The notes below the pieces were generated by a model, which was given only the letters and a program-made list of their open reading frames with translations, was not told where the DNA came from and did no database searches. Made by a program: the position numbers and the translations under genes. A stretch of 59,233 nucleotides of DNA, filler included. It is 3 parts of 3 records of this genome, joined end to end, with 100 filler letters (N's around TTAATTAATTAA, not from the genome) between each part and the next. Parts side by side here need not be neighbours in the genome. Positions count along the whole stretch, not along the records: positions 1 to 24,603 come from SRR2962707_2276; 2 more parts are not named here. One strand, 5' to 3'. Of the stretch, positions 10,451 through 19,822 are shown one piece after another. Numbering within the stretch: the stretch's first letter is position 1; every line of letters begins with the position of its first letter.

Positions 10451-11533
10451 GTGCGACCGCCAAAAGCGAAAAACACCAATAAAAAGCCGAACAGACGCCC
10501 CGCTTCTCAAGTGGGCGGCGATGCTGGCTTTAGGCCAAAGCCAAAGCACGCGGCTAATCCGGTGCAACCAAGCATAAACCCCGAATTACAGAACGCCGTG
10601 ACACGGCCACGCAAAACCGGCGTGCGCCCTGCCGAAAAACTGCCGATTGTGCTCGAAACACTCAGCGACCAAAACCACGCGCTTCTTGATAGCGGCGATG
10701 GATTGAAGCTTGAGCAGTATGGCGCGGTGCGTATTATCCGCCCTGAGCAACAAGCAATTTGGGGCCGCAGCCAGCCTGATGCGCTTTGGGATGATGCCAA
10801 CGCGGTTTTCACCGGTGATACGGATGAAGAAGGCATGGGCCGTTGGCGCTTTCCGCGCGAGCAATTAGGCGAAACATGGCCCATGGCGTTTGGCGGCGTT
10901 GGCTATCTTGGCCGATTTACATCGTTTCGCCATGTAGGCGTTTTTCCAGAACAAGCGGCTCATTGGCGCGCCATGGTCAAAGCCATCAAGGGTGCTAACC
11001 GGCAGTTGAAGGTTCTGAATTTATTTGGTTATACAGGCGTTGCCTCATTGGTTGCCGCTGATGCTGGCGCCCATGTCACCCATGTTGATGCCTCTAAAAA
11101 AGCAATCGGCTGGGCGCGTGAAAATCAGAGTTTCGCAGGCCTTGATGAAATGCCCATTCGCTGGATTTGCGAAGACGCGATGAAATTTGTTCAGCGCGAA
11201 GTACGGCGCGGCAATCAATATGACATTATTTTGCTGGATCCGCCCGCCTATGGGCGCGGCCCCAATGGCGAAGTGTGGCAATTGTTCGACAATCTGCTTG
11301 AAATGCTGGACGGCTGCCGTGATTTGCTGAGCGATGATCCGGCAATGCTGGTGCTGACAGCCTATGCAATCCGCGCCTCGTTTTTTGCCATGCATGAAGC
11401 GATGATGGATAGTTTTACCGATTATAAAACCAAGGGCACTGTCGAATCAGGCGAACTGATTATCCGCGAGAAGCTTCGCGGACGGGCGCTTTCGACATCC
11501 ATGTTCTCGCGCTGGATACCAGAGGGCAAATGA
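10451..11533 (+). CDS. Class I SAM-dependent methyltransferase (RlmI/RlmK-like)
   Basis: LLDSGDGLKLEQYG, VLNLFGYTG, VDASKKAI, ILLDPPAYG. Confidence 0.85.
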   Translation: MRPPKAKNTNKKPNRRPASQVGGDAGFRPKPKHAANPVQPSINPELQNAVTRPRKTGVRPAEKLPIVLETLSDQNHALLDSGDGLKLEQYGAVRIIRPEQQAIWGRSQPDALWDDANAVFTGDTDEEGMGRWRFPREQLGETWPMAFGGVGYLGRFTSFRHVGVFPEQAAHWRAMVKAIKGANRQLKVLNLFGYTGVASLVAADAGAHVTHVDASKKAIGWARENQSFAGLDEMPIRWICEDAMKFVQREVRRGNQYDIILLDPPAYGRGPNGEVWQLFDNLLEMLDGCRDLLSDDPAMLVLTAYAIRASFFAMHEAMMDSFTDYKTKGTVESGELIIREKLRGRALSTSMFSRWIPEGK

Positions 11534-12405
11534 TGGAAGACGCTGAAACCGGCGCTGGGCGCATCAAAGAAATTACCAGCGTTTCTAATCCGATTATCAA
11601 AGATCTGCGGCTTTTAGAGAAAAAGCGCCACCGTGTCGAAACCAATCAATTCATTGGCGAAGGCATGAAGCTGGTCATCGACGCGATTGAAAATGGCTGG
11701 ACTTTGCGCACTTTGGTTTTTGCCGCATCGCAGCGCGAAAATGAGAAGGTCAAAGCGCTTGTGACACGCTGCTTGGCGGCGGGCGCGGACATATTGATTG
11801 TGCCGGAAAAAGTGCTTGGGACGATTGTGCGCCGTGATAATCCGCAAATGGTGATGGGTGTTTTTGAGCGGCAATTTGTTGTTGCATCTGACATTAAACC
11901 TGAGGGTGAAGACCTATGGGTTGCGCTGGACCGTATCCGCGATCCTGGCAATTTGGGCACGATCATGCGCACCGCAGATGCCGTTGGCGCTAAAGGTATC
12001 ATTTTGGTGGGCGATACGACTGACCCCTTTGCAACTGAAACAGTGCGCGCAACGATGGGCTCTATTTTTGCGACGCCGATATGCGCGATGGGCGAAGATG
12101 AATTCTTGGCCTTTGCCAAATCGTGGAATGGCATCGTGGCTGGCACCCATCTGGCCGGTTCTGTTGATTATCGCCAACCCGAATATAGCGGCAAACCAAC
12201 TTTGCTCATCATGGGCAACGAACAATCTGGCATGCCGGACAGTCTGGTTGCAGCCTGCGACCCGCTGATCCGCATTCCGCAGGCTGGCCGCGCCGATAGC
12301 CTCAATTTAGCCATTGCAACGGGCATATGTCTTTATGAAGTGCGCCGCCATGCCTTGGCGCTGGATGATCGACAAGCAAAGCCAAAGGAACAGAGCTTTG
12401 AATAG
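11530..12405 (+). CDS. TrmH/SpoU-family RNA 2'-O-methyltransferase
   Basis: RDPGNLGTIMR, MGNEQSG, IPQAGRADSLNLA SPOUT motifs. Confidence 0.92.
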   Translation: MMEDAETGAGRIKEITSVSNPIIKDLRLLEKKRHRVETNQFIGEGMKLVIDAIENGWTLRTLVFAASQRENEKVKALVTRCLAAGADILIVPEKVLGTIVRRDNPQMVMGVFERQFVVASDIKPEGEDLWVALDRIRDPGNLGTIMRTADAVGAKGIILVGDTTDPFATETVRATMGSIFATPICAMGEDEFLAFAKSWNGIVAGTHLAGSVDYRQPEYSGKPTLLIMGNEQSGMPDSLVAACDPLIRIPQAGRADSLNLAIATGICLYEVRRHALALDDRQAKPKEQSFE

Positions 12406-12877
12406 GTTTTGGAGTGGTTTCGGCGTTGTTGCCTTGGTTGTCGCTATTGATCAGGCCATCAAATACGCGGTTGAAACCGGCATGGGTTATCATGAAGAGA
12501 TAAGATTACTGCCGTTCTTTTCGCTTTTTCGCACACACAATGAAGGCATCGCGTTTTCATTTTTGTGGGGCGCGGGTCCTTGGGTGCTGGTGGCAATCGC
12601 GTTGGCGGTTATCATCTTCGTTCTGTGGCTATGGTGGTCAAATCCGGACGCTGGCTGGTTGTCGCATCTCGCCTTTGGCCTGATCATCGGCGGCGCAATT
12701 GGTAACATTATTGATCGGGCGATTTTTGGCTATGTCATCGATTATTTTCTATTCTTCGTCAAAGACTGGTCATTTGCCGTTTTCAACCTTGCGGATGCGG
12801 CCATTACGGTTGGCGCTGTGATCCTTTTGTTAGACGAATTTATAGGTTGGCGTAAGACGAAAGCGGTTGACGGCTAG
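12398..12877 (+). CDS. lspA: Lipoprotein signal peptidase II
   Basis: DQAIK, NEGIAFS, GGAIGNIIDR, VIDY, FNLADAAI. TTG start at 12398 inferred (ORF track starts at 12314). Confidence 0.95.
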   Translation: MNRFWSGFGVVALVVAIDQAIKYAVETGMGYHEEIRLLPFFSLFRTHNEGIAFSFLWGAGPWVLVAIALAVIIFVLWLWWSNPDAGWLSHLAFGLIIGGAIGNIIDRAIFGYVIDYFLFFVKDWSFAVFNLADAAITVGAVILLLDEFIGWRKTKAVDG

Positions 12878-12916
12878 TCTATGCAATTGCACCATGGCTA
12901 AAACTGGGAACAAAAA

Positions 12917-13912
12917 ATGTCTGATCAATTCAAAGCCATCATGGTTTCGCGCGACGAGAATAAGAAGCAAAGCGTCAGCGTTGAGACAATCACACTCGAT
13001 GATCTCATGGAAGGCGATGTTGTTGTGGCCGTCGAAGCGACAACCGTCAATTATAAGGATGGTCTCGCGATCACGGGCAAATCGCCGGTTGTGCGTCGCT
13101 GGCCAATGATCCCAGGTATCGATTTTTCAGGCACTGTGATTTCCTCCGAACATGCTCAATGGAAAAAGGGTGACAAAGTCATTCTCAATGGATGGGGTGT
13201 TGGCGAAGTCCATTATGGTGCTTATTGCCAGATAGCGCGGGTGAGCGGCGACTGGCTGGTTGGTCTTCCCGACAGCATGACGCCGATGGATGCGATGACG
13301 ATTGGCACGGCTGGATATACAGCGATGCTGTCTGTCATAGCGCTCGAAAAAGCAGGCATTACGCCAGCAAGCGGCCCCATTCTTGTGACCGGCGCATCGG
13401 GCGGTGTAGGTTCAGTGTCTGTGTCCATACTGGCTAAACTTGGGTATCATGTCATTGCCTCGACGGGGCGCGTGAACGAAGCCGATTACCTCAAAGAACT
13501 AGGCGCTGCTGAAATCATCGACCGCGCAGAACTATCAGAACCAGGCCGTCCGCTTGGGACTGAATGTTGGGCTGGCGCGATCGATTCAGTTGGCTCGGTG
13601 ACTTTGGCCAACGTCCTCGCACAGACGCAATATGGCGGCGTGGTTACCGCTTGCGGCTTAGTGCAAGGTATGGATCTGCCCGCTTCTGTTGCGCCGTTTA
13701 TTTTGCGCGGTGTGGCACTCTTGGGCATCGACAGCGTAAAAGCGCCGATTGCGCGCAGGCAAGAGGCATGGAACCGCTTGGCAACCGATCTGGACACCTC
13801 AAAACTGGCGACGATCGCTACGCATATAGGCTTCGACGACATCATCGAAACGGCTCAAAAAATCATTGATGGTCAGGTGCGGGGACGTGTTGTTGTCGAT
13901 ATGACGGCTTAA
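12917..13912 (+). CDS. acuI: Acryloyl-CoA reductase AcuI/YhdH (MDR family)
   Basis: NYKDGLA, PGIDFSG, GTAGYTAML, VTGASGGVGS, PFILRGV.LLGIDSV. Confidence 0.88.
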   Translation: MSDQFKAIMVSRDENKKQSVSVETITLDDLMEGDVVVAVEATTVNYKDGLAITGKSPVVRRWPMIPGIDFSGTVISSEHAQWKKGDKVILNGWGVGEVHYGAYCQIARVSGDWLVGLPDSMTPMDAMTIGTAGYTAMLSVIALEKAGITPASGPILVTGASGGVGSVSVSILAKLGYHVIASTGRVNEADYLKELGAAEIIDRAELSEPGRPLGTECWAGAIDSVGSVTLANVLAQTQYGGVVTACGLVQGMDLPASVAPFILRGVALLGIDSVKAPIARRQEAWNRLATDLDTSKLATIATHIGFDDIIETAQKIIDGQVRGRVVVDMTA

Positions 13913-13992
13913 ACTGGCACATTCGCAATAAATCTTTGCATTTTAGCGAATACGTTTAGTTCTTTATAAGCTTGCTGTGTCACGCTCGGACC

Positions 13993-15936
13993 ATGACACA
14001 GAATAATTCGCATGATCCAAAAGATAATAAGTTGGAAGCTTACGCTGACCGACTTTGGGAAAGTGTGGAAAGCAAACAAACATTACAAGCGCCGATCGCT
14101 GCTACTCCCGAAATCGTCGTTGATTACGATATGAACGGGCGCATCATCAACGCCAATAGTTCCTTTGCAACGCTCGTTGGCATCAGGCCCGGCGCGCTTG
14201 TTGGTATGCGCGCTTCCGAATTTGACTTTCTACAGGATAGCGAAACACCCCATTGCACCGTTAAACTTAAAAACCAAAGCGGCGAAGACTTGTGGTTTGA
14301 CCGCGTTCAATTGGCAATGAGCGATCCGCAAACAGGTTCTTATATCATCCGCATGGTCGGGCATGATGTTAGCGAACATAAAAAAACAGAGGCTGAGTTG
14401 ATCCTAGCGCGGGAACGCGCTGAAGAGGCAGACAAAGCGAAAAGCCGCTTTCTAGCCACAGTTAGCCATGAAATTCGCACCCCGCTCAATGGTATCATCG
14501 GCATGGGTAAATTGCTAAGCGATACACGCCTTGATCTTGAGCAGCAAAACTATGTTGAAGCGATTACCACATCGAGTGAAGCGCTTTTGGTTCTAGTCAA
14601 TGATTTGCTGCAAATCGGCAAAGACGAGTTGACCAAAGATCGAATGAATATCGAAACAATTGATATTCGCCAGCTGCTCGCCGGTGTGATTGAGTTGCTT
14701 GCCGATCGAGCGCACTCAAAACGGCTTGATCTTGGTTATTTCATCGTGCCAAATCTGCCCGAAACATTGCTGGTTGATGCGGGGCGCTTGCGCCAAATCC
14801 TGTTTAACATTGTCGGTAACGCCATCAAATTTACCGATCTAGGCGGTGTGCGTATTGATGTTACCTTTGACGATGACGAAACCTTAAAAATCGCCGTTCA
14901 AGATACCGGCGATGGAATCAACGCTGAAGATCAGCAGCGCATTTTTGAACCATTTGAACAAATGCAAAGTCTGCTTACGCGAACCCATGAGGGTGCGGGG
15001 CTAGGACTGGCGATTGCGCAACGCCAAGCGCGCTCGATGGGCGGCGATATTATTCTCGATAGCGCGGTCGATGCAGGTTCTGTATTTACGATTTTGCTGC
15101 CAACGCAGTCCGTGAGCACACCAAAGCAGATTGATTTAAACGACAAAAAAGTGTTGGTGTTGACCAAAGAAGGCATCGAAAGTGATGTTCTTTGCGATAT
15201 TTTAGCGGCTTCTGGCGCTGAGATCATTCCTGTCGAAACTTTGGACGAAGCGCGCAGCGCATTGCAAAACTTGGATTTTGCAAGGTTCATTGTCGATAGC
15301 AGGCTCAAATTGCATGACACGCTCTTGTCGGATTTTTCTTGGCCAAAAAACTGCGAGATCGTGGTACTGATTTCGCCCAATGAGCGCGGCACAATTGGTG
15401 CAGAGGCCCAAGCGGAAGGACAGGCATATCTGACCCGTCCGGTGCGCCCATCGACTTGCCTTCGGGTGATCGGCAATGACATCACGAAGCGGGACTATTT
15501 AAATGTTTCGCCGCCATTGCTTGGTCAAGAAATATCACCATTATTCGGCGCGGGCCATAACCATGTTCTGCTGGTTGAAGACAATGCGATTAATGCTTTG
15601 CTTGCCGAGCGCTTGCTCTCGCGTGCCGGCTATAGCGTAACCCACTGCGAAAACGGACTTCGGGCTGTTGAATTGGCGCGCAGCAAGAAATTTGATGCTA
15701 TTTTGATGGATCTTCATATGCCCGTCATGGACGGAATTGCTGCAATTAAAGCAATTAGGCAGAACGAAGAGAGCGATCAGCTGCCATCAACACCTATTTT
15801 TATGGTCACCGCCGATACTTTAGACGAGACAAAACAAGCTATTATGGCCTCTGGTGCCCAAGCAATATTAGAAAAGCCGATTAACGCAGATGCCCTTAAA
15901 AGCGCCCTCATTGAATCTCATAGGAAAGTAGCATAA
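13993..15936 (+). CDS. Hybrid sensor histidine kinase (PAS-like, HisKA, HATPase, degenerate REC, REC)
   Basis: [57 protein letters not shown] 13993 preferred to TTG 13972. Confidence 0.92.
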   Translation: MTQNNSHDPKDNKLEAYADRLWESVESKQTLQAPIAATPEIVVDYDMNGRIINANSSFATLVGIRPGALVGMRASEFDFLQDSETPHCTVKLKNQSGEDLWFDRVQLAMSDPQTGSYIIRMVGHDVSEHKKTEAELILARERAEEADKAKSRFLATVSHEIRTPLNGIIGMGKLLSDTRLDLEQQNYVEAITTSSEALLVLVNDLLQIGKDELTKDRMNIETIDIRQLLAGVIELLADRAHSKRLDLGYFIVPNLPETLLVDAGRLRQILFNIVGNAIKFTDLGGVRIDVTFDDDETLKIAVQDTGDGINAEDQQRIFEPFEQMQSLLTRTHEGAGLGLAIAQRQARSMGGDIILDSAVDAGSVFTILLPTQSVSTPKQIDLNDKKVLVLTKEGIESDVLCDILAASGAEIIPVETLDEARSALQNLDFARFIVDSRLKLHDTLLSDFSWPKNCEIVVLISPNERGTIGAEAQAEGQAYLTRPVRPSTCLRVIGNDITKRDYLNVSPPLLGQEISPLFGAGHNHVLLVEDNAINALLAERLLSRAGYSVTHCENGLRAVELARSKKFDAILMDLHMPVMDGIAAIKAIRQNEESDQLPSTPIFMVTADTLDETKQAIMASGAQAILEKPINADALKSALIESHRKVA

Positions 15937-15952
15937 ATTAAGCTGCAATTGG

Positions 15953-15970
15953 TTGTCACCAATTTGTCGC
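15953..15970 (+). promoter_or_regulatory. Putative Pho box upstream of olsB
   Basis: TTGTCAC-CAAT-TTGTCGC: two heptamers with an 11-bp period resembling CTGTCAT-N4-CTGTCAT. Confidence 0.6.
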
Positions 15971-16018
15971 GAAATTTTTGTAAAAGCGCCACGGAAGAGA
16001 TTAATTTGGGATCGCATA

Positions 16019-16879
16019 ATGAACCAGATCGTTACACAATTGCCCCAAGCACCAAGTAATTTCGGCGCTCAGGATTGCTCTGGCTTGCTTGGTCAAATGG
16101 GCAATCTACAGGTTCGTTTGGCGAGAGACATAGCGGAAATTTTTTCTGCGCAGCGGCTTCGCTTTGATGTTTTTCACAATGAATTTGGCGCTCAGCTTGA
16201 TGCAGATTGCATGGCTGAAAAACGCGACCATGATGAATATGATGCTTATTGCGATCATCTCGTGGTGCTCGACAATTCTTTGCCCGGCAGTAATTGTGAC
16301 AAGATCGTTGGTACATACCGATTGATGCGCAAACAGCATGCTGCGCTTGCCGGTGGATATTATTCTGCCTCTGAATTTGCGGTTGCGGGCCTGATCACAC
16401 GCCACAAAGATCGCAATTTCCTCGAACTTGGCCGTTCATGCGTTTACCCAGCTTACCGCTCAAAACGCACAATTGAACTTTTATGGCAGGGCATTTGGGC
16501 CTATGCACAAATGCACGATATTGATGTGATGATGGGCTGCGCCTCATTTCCCGGCACAATACCAGCACAACACGCTGAAGCTTTGACCTTTTTGAACGCC
16601 CATGCGCGTGCAACGGGCCAATGGCGTGTCGCGCCTTTGCCGGGCCGTCATGTTTCCATGGACCTGATGCCCGCTGAAGCGGTTGATATGAAATCAGCGC
16701 TTGGTGCGTTGCCGCCCTTGGTGAAGGGCTATTTGCGCATTGGTGCGTTGTTTGGTGATGGGGCCGTAATCGATCCATTGTTTAAAACGACGGATGTGAT
16801 GGTTGTGCTGCCAGTCGAACGTATCACCAGCCGTTACCGTGCCCATTACGGTGATAATGCGCAACGTTTCGCGGCGTAA
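16019..16879 (+). CDS. olsB: Ornithine lipid N-acyltransferase (GNAT, OlsB)
   Basis: AQRLRFDVF, DEYDAYCDHLVV, VGTYRL, LELGRSCV, LPPLVKGYLRIGA; position between the kinase and mutS. ATG 16019 chosen. Confidence 0.85.
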   Translation: MNQIVTQLPQAPSNFGAQDCSGLLGQMGNLQVRLARDIAEIFSAQRLRFDVFHNEFGAQLDADCMAEKRDHDEYDAYCDHLVVLDNSLPGSNCDKIVGTYRLMRKQHAALAGGYYSASEFAVAGLITRHKDRNFLELGRSCVYPAYRSKRTIELLWQGIWAYAQMHDIDVMMGCASFPGTIPAQHAEALTFLNAHARATGQWRVAPLPGRHVSMDLMPAEAVDMKSALGALPPLVKGYLRIGALFGDGAVIDPLFKTTDVMVVLPVERITSRYRAHYGDNAQRFAA

Positions 16880-17047
16880 AATTACTCAGCGCTAAATGTT
16901 GCTGCTTTGCAGATTGCTTGATAATTTGTCCGATTATCAGGGGATTTATTGTGCCTAGCCTGTTTTACTTGCGCATAAACGCGCATAAAGCATGGTGTAT
17001 CGATATTTGCAGCACTTTTTCCAATCTGGGCAACGAATTATCAATTG

Positions 17048-19822
17048 ATGAATATGCAAACGCCAACGAATGCCGACACATCGGTTCTTGACGCGGATAA
17101 ACAGGATAAAGCTGTTAGCGCGCCGACACCTATGATGGCGCAATTTTTAGAAATTAAAGCGGCTAATCCAGATTCGCTTTTGTTCTATCGCATGGGCGAT
17201 TTCTATGAATTGTTCTTTGAAGATGCTGAACAGGCATCGCGGGCGCTCGGCATTGCGCTGACCAAGCGCGGCAAGCATATGGAACAAGATATTCCCATGT
17301 GCGGCGTGCCTGTCCATGCAGCCGATGGATATTTGCAAAAGCTGATTGGCCTTGGCTTCCGCGTTGCAGTTTGCGAACAATTAGAAGACCCCGCTGAAGC
17401 CAAAAAGCGTGGATCAAAATCCGTTGTGCGGCGCGATGTAACGCGGCTCGTCACACCGGCAACGATTACCGAAGAAAAGCTGTTAGACCCGACAGACACC
17501 TCATTTTTGGTGGCCGTTGGCCGCGTCAAAGCCGGTGCAGATGCGATGGCACTGGCGTGGATTGATATTACGACCGGCCAGTTCCGCTTGATGGAAACCG
17601 ACGCTACACGGCTTTTGCCTGATTTGATGCGCATTGCGCCCAAAGAAATCGTGGTTGCCGAGCCGGTTTTTCATGATCCCGATTTGCGCCCAATTTTCGA
17701 TCAGTTTGGCCGCGCTGTTACACTGCAACCCGCCATTTTATTTGATAGCTCGACAGCGGCCGATAAACTCGCACGGTTTTACGGTGTTAAGACCACAGAC
17801 GGTTTTGGTGACTTTTCGCGTGCGGAACTTTCTGCGGCTGCTGGCGCGCTTTCCTATGTTGAAAAAACACAAATATCTGAGCGCCCTTCTTTGCAGCGCC
17901 CTGAGCGCGAAACCGAAGGCTCGCTACTCTTTATCGATCCGGCAACGCGGCTTAACTTAGAGTTAGAAAAAACGCTGTCGGGCTCACGCGAAGGCTCTCT
18001 CCTCAAATCTATTGATCGCACGGTCACGGGCGGTGGCGCGCGGCTCCTTGCAGAACGTCTTCGCGCACCGTTGACCGATTGTGATCAGATAAACAATCGG
18101 CTGGATGCTGTTTCGTTTTTCATGGTCGAGAGCGACGTTGGTGCCAATTTGCGCCAATTGCTTAAATCCATGCCGGATATGCCCCGCGCGCTGTCACGCC
18201 TTTCGCTTAACCGCGGCGGCCCGCGCGATCTAGCAGCTATTGCTACCGGCCTGTCGATTATCGGCGATATCGTCGGCGCGATTGGCCGTAAATTTGATGT
18301 GAGCTTGCTGCCAGCAGAACTAGCCCAAGCGGTTTTGCTCATGAATAATGCGCCGCAAAGCGTCCTTGATCAATTGCGGATCGCGCTTGCTGACGAGCTT
18401 CCCTTGCTTAAACGCGATGGCGGTTTTGTGCGCGATGGTTATCAGGCAGAACTTGATGAAATGCGCGGCCTGCGCGACCAATCACGGCGCATCATTGCCG
18501 AACTACAAGCGCGTTATGCCGATGATAGCGGTATCAAATCGCTGAAGATTAAGCACAACAATGTGCTTGGCTATTTTATTGAAGTAACCGCGCTCAATGC
18601 AGGCCCGCTGACAGATACTGACGAAGCAAAGGGCAAATATATTCACCGCCAGTCGCTTGCTAATGCAATGCGCTTTACAACGACAGAACTTGCCGATTTG
18701 GAAAGTAAGATCGCCAGCGCTGCCGGTCGCTCTTTATCGATAGAGCTTGGCATTTTTGATAATCTGCGCGACAGCGTTGTCGAAGAAGCTGATGCAATCC
18801 GCGACTGCGCACAGGCCGCAGCAATCATCGATGTTGCCATAGGCTTGGCTGAACTTGCCGGTGGGCAAGGCTATTGCCGCCCGAAAGTCGATAATGGTCG
18901 CACATTTAATATCGTTGCTGGCCGCCATCCTGTGGTTGAGCAGGCGCTGCGCAAGCAATCTGCCAATCCATTTGTTGCCAATAATTGCGATCTTTCGCCG
19001 ACGCCTGAAGGCGGCAATGAAAACGGCGCGATTTGGGTTCTGACCGGTCCTAATATGGGCGGTAAATCAACATTTCTGCGCCAAAATGCACTCATTGCCA
19101 TCATGGCGCAAATTGGTTCTTTTGTGCCGGCAGGCTCCGCGCATATCGGTGTTGTGGACCGCCTGTTTAGCCGCGTTGGTGCATCGGATGATCTAGCGCG
19201 TGGTCGCTCAACCTTCATGGTTGAGATGGTGGAAACTGCCGCGATCCTTAATCAGGCAGGCCCAAATTCGCTGGTGATTTTGGATGAGATTGGCCGTGGC
19301 ACGGCAACCTTTGACGGTTTGTCGATTGCTTGGGCGACAATTGAATATCTGCATGAACATAATAAATGCCGTACCTTGTTTGCCACGCACTTTCATGAAT
19401 TGACGGCACTTAGCGAGCGCCACAATCGGTTGACCAATGTCACGCTAAAAGTAAAAGAATGGAACGGCGATGTTATCTTCCTGCATGAAGTAACACGCGG
19501 TGCCGCTGATCGCTCTTACGGCGTTCAAGTTGCGCGGCTGGCGGGCCTCCCCGATGCAGTAGTTCAAAGAGCGCATCAGGTTTTAAACGAGCTTGAATCG
19601 CAAGGCCACCAAAATAAAACCCAAACACTGATTGATGATCTACCACTTTTTGCTGCGGAAATCGCGCAGCGCACGCCCTCACATCAGCACAAAGCGCAAA
19701 CGCCAGAAAATGCTGCGCTCATAGCGGCACTTAATGCTATTACGCCCGATGAACTAACCCCCAAGCAAGCGTTAGAGACGCTTTATCAGCTCAAATCCCT
19801 GCGAAGGGAAAAGGACAAGTAA
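17048..19822 (+). CDS. mutS: DNA mismatch repair protein MutS
   Basis: [53 protein letters not shown]. Confidence 0.98.
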   Translation: MNMQTPTNADTSVLDADKQDKAVSAPTPMMAQFLEIKAANPDSLLFYRMGDFYELFFEDAEQASRALGIALTKRGKHMEQDIPMCGVPVHAADGYLQKLIGLGFRVAVCEQLEDPAEAKKRGSKSVVRRDVTRLVTPATITEEKLLDPTDTSFLVAVGRVKAGADAMALAWIDITTGQFRLMETDATRLLPDLMRIAPKEIVVAEPVFHDPDLRPIFDQFGRAVTLQPAILFDSSTAADKLARFYGVKTTDGFGDFSRAELSAAAGALSYVEKTQISERPSLQRPERETEGSLLFIDPATRLNLELEKTLSGSREGSLLKSIDRTVTGGGARLLAERLRAPLTDCDQINNRLDAVSFFMVESDVGANLRQLLKSMPDMPRALSRLSLNRGGPRDLAAIATGLSIIGDIVGAIGRKFDVSLLPAELAQAVLLMNNAPQSVLDQLRIALADELPLLKRDGGFVRDGYQAELDEMRGLRDQSRRIIAELQARYADDSGIKSLKIKHNNVLGYFIEVTALNAGPLTDTDEAKGKYIHRQSLANAMRFTTTELADLESKIASAAGRSLSIELGIFDNLRDSVVEEADAIRDCAQAAAIIDVAIGLAELAGGQGYCRPKVDNGRTFNIVAGRHPVVEQALRKQSANPFVANNCDLSPTPEGGNENGAIWVLTGPNMGGKSTFLRQNALIAIMAQIGSFVPAGSAHIGVVDRLFSRVGASDDLARGRSTFMVEMVETAAILNQAGPNSLVILDEIGRGTATFDGLSIAWATIEYLHEHNKCRTLFATHFHELTALSERHNRLTNVTLKVKEWNGDVIFLHEVTRGAADRSYGVQVARLAGLPDAVVQRAHQVLNELESQGHQNKTQTLIDDLPLFAAEIAQRTPSHQHKAQTPENAALIAALNAITPDELTPKQALETLYQLKSLRREKDK

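Noticed and set aside
13915-13930. TGGCACATTCGCAAT upstream of the hybrid kinase as a sigma-54 promoter
   Set aside because: The GC is too close to the GG, and there is no TTGC at -12.
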